Shown one piece after another: positions 18,631 through 25,393 of a stretch of DNA of 40,718 bases (position 1 is the first letter of the stretch; each line of letters starts with the position of its first letter). A model generated the notes under the pieces. That model was not told where the DNA came from and searched no databases. It saw only the letters and a program-made list of their open reading frames with translations. Source of the DNA: an uncultured bacterium (GTDB taxonomy: Bacteria; Planctomycetota; UBA1135; GCA-002686595); the NCBI GenBank assembly GCA_943787795.1, contig CALSNU010000008.1, forward strand, positions 1 through 40,718, given 5' to 3'. The position numbers were made by a program, and so were the translations under genes.

Positions 18631-20646
18631 CTAGTGCCGTTCGCTGGCAGCCGGTTCCCCGGCGGCCTCGGATTCTTCGGGTGAGACGCTGGCCCGGCAT
18701 CTTTCCAGGACCTCGTCGGTGCTGGGGAAGGCCCAGAGCTCGGCCTCGGGACGCGGTTCACGGATCACGCTGGGGGTGACCACGATGACGAGCTCGCTCT
18801 CCTGGTCGTCGTCCGCCTCGTTGCGGAAGAGCCACCCCAGCACCGGGACCGACCCCAGGACCGGCGTCCGTGACTGCGCCGACTGAGCGCGGGCGAGGGA
18901 GAGCCCGCCGATGACCAGCGCCTCGCCGTCGTAGACGCGCGCCGAGGTGCGGGTCGCCCGGGACTCGAACGCGGTGGCGGGGCTTGATTGGCCCGTCGCG
19001 TCTCCGATGGCCTCGGTCAACGCGAGGTCGGGGGTGGAGATCCGCGGGATGACGTCGAGCGTGATGCGGCTGGAGCTGCGCTCCTCCACGAGGGGGCGCA
19101 CCGTCAGGTCGATGCCGTAGTCCCGGAAGTCGACGGTGTTCAGGACCTGGTCCGTGCCGCCGCCGACCGTCACGGCGCTGGGGACGGGGATCTGTCCGCC
19201 CACCTGGAACTGGGCCAGCTCACCCGAGAGCACCGCGAGGGAGGGATTGGACATGCTCTTGGCGATCTCCTCCTGCACGAGGAGCTGGAAGAAGCTGTCC
19301 ACCGCGAAGCCGCCCGAGACGGCCTGGCCGCGGCCGGAGAAGGTGCCGTTGAGAAAGCCGAGCAGGCCCTGGATGTCGCCGTCATTGACCGTGGGCGCCC
19401 CGGCGCCTTGCAGCGCCGTGGACTGGGGCGAGGGAGGCAGGCCGGGCTGATCAAAGTTCGCCTGGGCCACGGAGAGGTCATTGCGCCAGCTCCGGAGCTT
19501 GCTGCTGTTGACCTCGTAGAGGCGCACATCGACCCGCACGAGCGGCAGGTAGGTGACCTGGATGGTCGAGAGGATCCTCCCTCCCGCGGCCTCGACGATC
19601 TTCGCTCGTCCGACCTGGGAGCCGATGCGGTTGGCGATCTGCTGCTGGCCTCCGCTGCTCAGGGCCGAGCCCCTCAGGCTGTTCAGGCCTTGCTGCTGGC
19701 TGCCGCCACCAGTCGAGCCGGCGCCGAAGATGTTCCGCGCCATGGTGAGGGCGCCCGCCTCGTCGGCGAGGGCGCGGACCTCGTTGCCCGCCACGCCGCC
19801 GCCCTTGGCGCCCTGTACGGCCCTTGAGGCCACGAACAGCACGCGGGTTAGGGTCACCTGGTCGGGGACGTCGCCGTCGAGGACGAAGACGTCGTTGGCG
19901 TCGTCGATGAACTCACCGACCTGTACGCGGCGGACGGTGACGTCACCCTCGACGAGCGGCGCGATGGCGTCGGCGATGCGCGCTTCCAGCGTGGGCGCCG
20001 TGGTCGCCAGGCGCAGCAGGTTGATCACGCTCGCGTTGCCGCCTCGTGCCGGCCCCTCGGCGGACCCATTGATGTCGGCGGTGATCTCACCCTCCTCGCC
20101 TTCGCTCAGGATCGGGATCGGGACTCTCGCGCCGAGGTAGGCCTCGACGGTCGCCTGGGCGGCCTCCCGGAGCTCGGCCGTGGGCACGACCCCGCGGAGG
20201 ATCACGAAGTCCCGGTCGGCGGCGAACTCGACGCCGATGCCTGCGTCGATCTCGAGCAGGAGGTCCACGAGGAGCGTGAGGTCGCGCTCCACGGCAATCA
20301 GGCGCTCCAACGGCTCGCCGGATTCGAACCAGATGGTGAGCGAGGTCACGCCCACGGTCGCCCCGGTGATCAGGACCTCGCGGCTGTCGAGGACCTCCGA
20401 GCGGAGGACGTTGCCATCCGCGACCGAGACGCGGCGCACATCACGGTCGAAGGTCAGCCGCTCGCTCTGGCCGAGGCGAAGGGCCGCGTCGCCCTGCTGG
20501 GGGGGGGCCGGTACGCTTGGGGCCTGGATGGAGCCAGCGGTCAGGGCCGCGCGGCTCAGGCTGGGGGGGGCCTGGACGGCAGGGAGGCTGGGCAGGCCGG
20601 GGAGCAAGCCCAGGGCCAGGGCCAGGGCCAGGGCGAGGCTCAGCAT
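18631..20646 (-). CDS. cpaC: Tad secretin CpaC/RcpA
   Basis: Signal peptide, pilus-formation N-terminal domain (VRRVSVADG...GVTSLTIW), and secretin domain (PSLAVLSGELAQFQVGGQIP...PVLGSVPVLGWLF...ELVIVVTP). Confidence 0.92.
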   Translation of the reverse strand: MLSLALALALALGLLPGLPSLPAVQAPPSLSRAALTAGSIQAPSVPAPPQQGDAALRLGQSERLTFDRDVRRVSVADGNVLRSEVLDSREVLITGATVGVTSLTIWFESGEPLERLIAVERDLTLLVDLLLEIDAGIGVEFAADRDFVILRGVVPTAELREAAQATVEAYLGARVPIPILSEGEEGEITADINGSAEGPARGGNASVINLLRLATTAPTLEARIADAIAPLVEGDVTVRRVQVGEFIDDANDVFVLDGDVPDQVTLTRVLFVASRAVQGAKGGGVAGNEVRALADEAGALTMARNIFGAGSTGGGSQQQGLNSLRGSALSSGGQQQIANRIGSQVGRAKIVEAAGGRILSTIQVTYLPLVRVDVRLYEVNSSKLRSWRNDLSVAQANFDQPGLPPSPQSTALQGAGAPTVNDGDIQGLLGFLNGTFSGRGQAVSGGFAVDSFFQLLVQEEIAKSMSNPSLAVLSGELAQFQVGGQIPVPSAVTVGGGTDQVLNTVDFRDYGIDLTVRPLVEERSSSRITLDVIPRISTPDLALTEAIGDATGQSSPATAFESRATRTSARVYDGEALVIGGLSLARAQSAQSRTPVLGSVPVLGWLFRNEADDDQESELVIVVTPSVIREPRPEAELWAFPSTDEVLERCRASVSPEESEAAGEPAASERH

Positions 20647-21206
20647 GCTTCCGTCTCCGAGTCGTGGTCGAAGAGCATCCTGTTGAGGGCCGCTCGGGCT
20701 CGAGAGGTTCGAGAGCGGACGGTGCCGATGGGAAGGCGGAGGCGTTCGGCGGCTTCGTTGTAGCTGAGGCCCCGCCAGGCCACGAGCTCGAGGATCTCGC
20801 GGTGCTCGCTGGTCAACCTTGAGGCCATGGCCGTCAAGTGACAGACCTCGTCCCGCTCGGCGGCGCTGGCTGCCGGGTCGGCTGCGGCACCTTCCGGGTC
20901 CATCGGGCAGCAGCGGCTGGTGCGTTCGTTCGCCGCGACGAACTCGTGGTCGGAGCGGCGCCTGGAGCAGCGCAGGATATGGAGGCAGGAGCGGCGCACC
21001 AACGAGAGGAGCAGGGGCAGAGGCTGCTCGGGCAGCTCGGGATACGACCATGCGCGGACGAGCGTCTCCTGCACGGCATCCCACGCCAGGTCATCCGAGT
21101 AGAGGACCCGCCTCGCGGCTCGGTGGAGATCCACGAGGTGCTCGGATACCGTCTCCTCGAAGGCCAACTGGCGTCCGTGGAGCGTGCTCTTGTCTGTCTT
21201 CTTCAT
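20640..21206 (-). CDS. ECF (sigma-70 group 4) sigma factor
   Basis: Region 2 (AWDAVQETLVRAW) and region 4 (GLSYNEAAERLRLPIGTVRSRTSRAR). Its stop overlaps the secretin start (ATGCTGA). Confidence 0.92.
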   Translation of the reverse strand: MKKTDKSTLHGRQLAFEETVSEHLVDLHRAARRVLYSDDLAWDAVQETLVRAWSYPELPEQPLPLLLSLVRRSCLHILRCSRRRSDHEFVAANERTSRCCPMDPEGAAADPAASAAERDEVCHLTAMASRLTSEHREILELVAWRGLSYNEAAERLRLPIGTVRSRTSRARAALNRMLFDHDSETEAC

Positions 21207-21304
21207 GTTCCTTCGGGCATCCGCAGGCGCTGTTGGCATCAGCGATGCGTCCTGGGCCTGGATTCAGGTCGACAAACCTAGGCCGCACGTCCATTCGAAG
21301 GATG

Positions 21305-21316
21305 TGCAACGTTGCA
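21305..21316. promoter_or_regulatory. Perfect 12-bp palindrome TGCAACGTTGCA in the divergent ECF/ArsR intergenic region
   Basis: Seen directly, about 100 bp upstream of the ECF start. A binding role is inferred only. Confidence 0.3.
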
Positions 21317-21360
21317 AGGCATGGGGCGCGGTGAGGGACGGGCGGGCGCTCGAGGATGTC

Positions 21361-21439
21361 CTGGTGCTCCTGTGCTCCTGTGGCTCCTGGGCTCTGGGCT
21401 CTGCGGGGCATTGGGCTCTGGGCTCTGCGGGGCATTGGG
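21361..21439. repeat. Short tandem duplications (ctcctgtg-like units and 2x tgggctctgggctctgcggggcat)
   Basis: Direct repeats visible in the intergenic sequence. Confidence 0.7.
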
Positions 21440-21542
21440 TCGACGATTCACCCGCGGAGCGCGCGCGGCAGCCCTGATTTGAGTTCGATACATGGCCAAG
21501 TGAGCAACTCTCGGTCGACTCAGGCGGCATGCTGTTACCCCA

Positions 21543-21899
21543 ATGCACGACGAATCCGATCCGAACCTTGAGCCAGCCTGCACCCCGGGGGCGCACCCGC
21601 AGCGCGACCCGGTCAGGATTCCGGATCGCGCCTTCGGAGGTGCCGTGGCGCTGTTCAAGGCGCTCTCTGACGAGCGTCGCCTTCGTACCCTCGCGTTCCT
21701 CAGCGAAGCAGAGGCCTGCGGGAGCGAGATCGCCGCCACCTTCGACGAGCCGCTCTCGACGGTCTCCCACCGGATGAAGCTCCTCGAGACCGCTGGCCTC
21801 GTGGCCCGGCGCCGTGCGGGTCGGCACGTGTACTTCCGGCTGCTAGATGACCACGTCTTCAGCCTTGTGCGTGAGGCTCTCGAGCACGCTCAGGAGTGA
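21543..21899 (+). CDS. ArsR/SmtB-family metalloregulator, alpha5-type
   Basis: FKALSDERRL, wHTH STVSHRMKLL, alpha5 site DDH-x10-HAQE, and an N-terminal C..H. Confidence 0.92.
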   Translation: MHDESDPNLEPACTPGAHPQRDPVRIPDRAFGGAVALFKALSDERRLRTLAFLSEAEACGSEIAATFDEPLSTVSHRMKLLETAGLVARRRAGRHVYFRLLDDHVFSLVREALEHAQE

Positions 21900-21987
21900 G
21901 ACCGCTCGGGCCGGAGGGCCTCAGCTCGAGGTCCCTGTTCGAAGCTCTAGCTGAATTCCTACGCCCTGACTCTCGGTCCGAAGACCC

Positions 21988-22452
21988 ATGTCGATTGCCA
22001 TCACGGACGGCCACACGGTGGCCATTCATTACAGCCTGACGCTCCACGATGGAGCGGTCGCCGAGGACACCCGGGGCGGGGAGCCGTACGTCTTTGTTCA
22101 GGGGGAGCGCTCGCTTCCTCCCGGGCTCGAGCGCGACCTCGTCGGTCTTCGCGCTGGTGATGAGCGCGAGTTGACCCTCGCACCGGCCGACGGCTTCGGC
22201 GTCGTGGACCCGAAGCTCGAACGGACGGTCGAGCGATCGATGTTCCCCACGGGTGTGGAGCTCGAGGCTGGAATGTCCTTTGGCGCCGAGAGCGCGCACG
22301 GCGTCACCCAGGTCTGGATCAAGGACGTGAGCGGCGACGAGGTCGTGGTCACGCAGAACCATCCCCTCGCAGGCCAGAGCCTGACCTACCGGGTTCGAGT
22401 CGTGGACGTGCGCGAGGCTGCTGAGGAGAGCGCGGAGCCCCCGAGCACGTGA
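21988..22452 (+). CDS. slyD: FKBP-type peptidyl-prolyl isomerase, SlyD-like, without the His-rich tail
   Basis: VAIHYSL...PGLERDLVGL..GD...PADGFG...NHPLAGQSLTYRVRVVDVREA. Confidence 0.9.
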   Translation: MSIAITDGHTVAIHYSLTLHDGAVAEDTRGGEPYVFVQGERSLPPGLERDLVGLRAGDERELTLAPADGFGVVDPKLERTVERSMFPTGVELEAGMSFGAESAHGVTQVWIKDVSGDEVVVTQNHPLAGQSLTYRVRVVDVREAAEESAEPPST

Positions 22453-22800
22453 TGCAGCTCGTGCTGAGCTCGGTCGGTCGACCGAGCAAGTGATCTGCAG
22501 GTGCCGTGCCGCGTGACGTGACGGCCAGCGCTCCCTCGCCCTCCGGAGCGGGGGGCGTCGGCGGCCTCGAGTTGTCGTGGGGGCGGGTCCGCCCACGAGA
22601 CCGCTGGGTCCTGCCCTCTTGTGGGCTCGCGCCGCCACCACCGAGCTGACCGCCGGGGGCTCGTGGGCGAATTCAGCCGCGGCGAGAAAATTCCTGCCTG
22701 CGGGCAAACGCCGGGTGGGGCCGTTCGTAGTCTCCGCCTCGGGCAGCGCGCTTCCTCTGCTGCAACTCTCATCGGCCCCGGTTGGCCTCACTTCTTAACT

Positions 22801-23832
22801 ATGTTCAAGAGCTCGTCCCTTCTTCTCCTCCCGCTCCTCTCCCTCTCTGGAGACACCCCGAAGGTCGCCCATGAGGACGGCCTCAAGCTCGCCCGGACCT
22901 TTGAAGTGTCCACCGTTCGATCCATCGACAGCGCAGTGCTGAGCCTCCCCGACCAGGAGCAAGACGTTGGTTCGGGTACAGAGCGTTCCAGGACGCTGAG
23001 CCTCCTGGTGGAGGACGAGATCCTCACCGTTGCTGACGGCGCTCCCCTGAAGTTCCGTCGCGGGTTCTCCACGGTGCAGAGCGAGCAGGACGCCGGGGAG
23101 GTCGAGGGCCTTGAAGTCTTGGACTCTTCGGGAAGCAGCGAACTGGAGGGCCTCGGCGTCACGTTCACCCGCGAGGCTGCAGACCAGGAGTGGGCCTGCG
23201 AATACGACGACGAGTCAGAGGGTGAGTCCGCCTGGCTCGACGAGCTGACCCCAGGGATGGACCTCTCGTCCATCCTCCCGGAGGGCGACGTCGGGGTCGG
23301 AGACTCGTGGGAGGTCCCCGTCTCGATCCTTGGCGACCTGCTCCACCCGGGCGGGACGGTCGACGTGGTGACACCGGAGGATGTCGATATTCCTGAGGGG
23401 GGCATCGCAGTCGTGGTTCCCAAGGGCCCCAAGGATGGCGGCTGGGACTCCTTCGAGGGCGAGGTCGTCGCCCGCTACGACTCCATCGACGAGGAGGACG
23501 GTCGTCGCGCGAAGATTGTCCTCACGCTCGAGCTGAGCAGTGAGATGGATCGAGCCGAGGACCTCGAGCTGGAGGCCGCCGAGCGCGGGGTGGAGGAGGC
23601 GTACAGCGAGGCCAAGCTCATCCGCGACCTCTCCGGGGAGGTCGTCATTCTCTGGGACCTCATCGGGCACCACGCCCTCTCGGCCGAGGGGACGCTGACC
23701 GGCTCGACTCAGCTCAGCGCGGCCTGGACCATCAGCGGCCCGATGGAGATTGAGCTGGAGTACGAGGAGGAAGGCAGCGTGGAGCACGAGATCTCCATGG
23801 AGGTCGAGACCACCGGGGGCGACGCCGACTGA
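22801..23832 (+). CDS. Hypothetical secreted, very acidic protein
   Basis: ATG22801, short hydrophobic N-terminus, Glu/Asp-rich, alternating beta-strand patterns and a VGVGDSWEV motif. Confidence 0.75.
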   Translation: MFKSSSLLLLPLLSLSGDTPKVAHEDGLKLARTFEVSTVRSIDSAVLSLPDQEQDVGSGTERSRTLSLLVEDEILTVADGAPLKFRRGFSTVQSEQDAGEVEGLEVLDSSGSSELEGLGVTFTREAADQEWACEYDDESEGESAWLDELTPGMDLSSILPEGDVGVGDSWEVPVSILGDLLHPGGTVDVVTPEDVDIPEGGIAVVVPKGPKDGGWDSFEGEVVARYDSIDEEDGRRAKIVLTLELSSEMDRAEDLELEAAERGVEEAYSEAKLIRDLSGEVVILWDLIGHHALSAEGTLTGSTQLSAAWTISGPMEIELEYEEEGSVEHEISMEVETTGGDAD

Positions 23833-23899
23833 TCCTCGCTCGCGAGCGGGAGCCGGGCTGCGAGGGACCCTCTTCGAGGAAGGCCCTCGGCCCCTCCCC

Positions 23900-25294
23900 T
23901 CAGGCGAGCAGATCGTGAAGGACCTTCCCGTGCACGTCGGTCAGGCGGCGGTCGATGCCGTCGGTGCGGACCACGAGCTTCGTGTGGTCGATGCCGAGGG
24001 CGTGCAGGATCGTGGCGTGCACGTCGTAGTTGGTGGTGGGTCGGTCCACCGCCTTCCAGGACCACTCGTCGGTGGCGCCGTAGGTCACGCCGCCCTTGAT
24101 GCCGCCGCCGGCGAGCCAGTTGGTGAAGCCGAAGGGGTTGTGGTCGCGGCCCAGTGAGCCCTGGCTGCAGGGCATGCGGCCGAACTCCGTGGTCCAGTGG
24201 ACGATGGTGTCGTCCAGGAGGCCCAGTCGCTTGAGGTCCTGGATGAGGGCGGCGGCGGGGCCGTCCATGGAGCGGCCCATGGCGCCGTGGTCGCGCTCGA
24301 GGTCCTCGTGGCTGTCCCAGTTGCGGCGGGGGAACCCGTTGTCCGCGCCGCTCCACACCTGCACGAAGCGCACGCCCCGCTCGAGGAGCCGGCGGGCGAT
24401 GAGGCAGCGGCGACCGAAGCTCGCGGTGGCGGGGTCGTCGACACCGTAGGCCTCCCGGGTCGCCTTGCTCTCCCCGGAGAGGTCGAGGACCTCGGGCCCC
24501 GCCACCTGCAGGCGGGCGGCGAGCTCGTAGGCGCGGATGCGCGCCTCGAGGCGGCTGTCCCCGGCGCGACCCTCCAGGTGCCGCCGGTTGAGCTCGGTGA
24601 CCAGGTCCCGGTCCGCGGCGTCGCGCGCCGCGCCCAGGTCCGCGTCCTGCGGCGGGAAGAGGTTGGGGATCGGCTCCGCCGCGCCCGGCTGGATGACCGT
24701 CGCCTGGTGCTGGGCGGGGAGGAACCCCGCGCCCCAGTTCTTCGGTCCGCCCGGCGGGAGCCCGCGGTCGTCCGGCAGGCACACGAAGGTGGGTAGGTCG
24801 TCGTTCTCGCTGCCGAGGCCGTAGGCGATCCAGCTGCCCATGGAGGGGAAGCCGGGGTTCAGGAAGCCGGTGGACTCCAGAAAGGTGGCCGGGCCGTGCA
24901 CGTTGGAGGTGGAGGTCATCGAGTGCACGAAGGCGATGTCGTCCACGCACTCCGCGAGCCGGGGCACGAGCCCGCTCATCCAGCGGCCGCACTCCCCGTG
25001 CTGGCTCCACCCCCAGGGGGACGCCATGACGTGGCCGGGGGCCGACTGGAACAGCTCGACCTCTTCCCCTGGGTTCCACGCCTCGCCGTTGCGCTCGATC
25101 AACAGCGGCTTGTGATCGAACATGTCGCACTGGCTCGCTGCGCCGGACATGAACAGCTGGACCACGCGCTGGGCCCTGGGGCGTGCGCCCGGCGTGGGCG
25201 ATTGAGCCAGGGCCTGCTCGCGCCCCAGGAGCTGCGCGAGGGCGATGCCGCCCAGGCCGCCGCCCGCGCGCCAGAGGAGCTCCCGCCGGCTAAC
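23900..25294 (-). CDS. DUF1501 family protein with Tat-like leader; canonical start codon missing
   Basis: SRRELLWRAGGGLGGIAL leader, VVQLFMSGAASQCDMFDHKP, RRLLERGVRFVQ, WDSH, TTEFGRMP, GRDHNP. The frame is open to GTT 25294, which lies 6 nt after GAGGA. Confidence 0.9.
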   Translation of the reverse strand, partial: VSRRELLWRAGGGLGGIALAQLLGREQALAQSPTPGARPRAQRVVQLFMSGAASQCDMFDHKPLLIERNGEAWNPGEEVELFQSAPGHVMASPWGWSQHGECGRWMSGLVPRLAECVDDIAFVHSMTSTSNVHGPATFLESTGFLNPGFPSMGSWIAYGLGSENDDLPTFVCLPDDRGLPPGGPKNWGAGFLPAQHQATVIQPGAAEPIPNLFPPQDADLGAARDAADRDLVTELNRRHLEGRAGDSRLEARIRAYELAARLQVAGPEVLDLSGESKATREAYGVDDPATASFGRRCLIARRLLERGVRFVQVWSGADNGFPRRNWDSHEDLERDHGAMGRSMDGPAAALIQDLKRLGLLDDTIVHWTTEFGRMPCSQGSLGRDHNPFGFTNWLAGGGIKGGVTYGATDEWSWKAVDRPTTNYDVHATILHALGIDHTKLVVRTDGIDRRLTDVHGKVLHDLLA

Positions 25295-25321
25295 GCCGCT
25301 TCCTCGGGCTCGGAGTCCTCC

Positions 25322-25393
25322 GCCTCAGTCCACCCGGCCTCAGTCCACCCGGCCTCAGTCCACCCGGCCTCAGTCCACCCGGCCTCAGTCCAC
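25322..25393. repeat. 15-bp tandem repeat (gcctcagtccacccg) x ~4.8 that includes the stop codon of the DUF1553 gene
   Basis: Exact repeats seen. On the minus strand they read GTG GAC TGA GGC CGG. Confidence 0.95.

Noticed and set aside
25322..25393. Five in-frame TGAs between DUF1553 and DUF1501 read as a poly-Sec linker
   Set aside because: NEFLYVD is the normal C-terminus of this family, the TGAs arise from a simple tandem duplication, and no SECIS-like hairpin is present.
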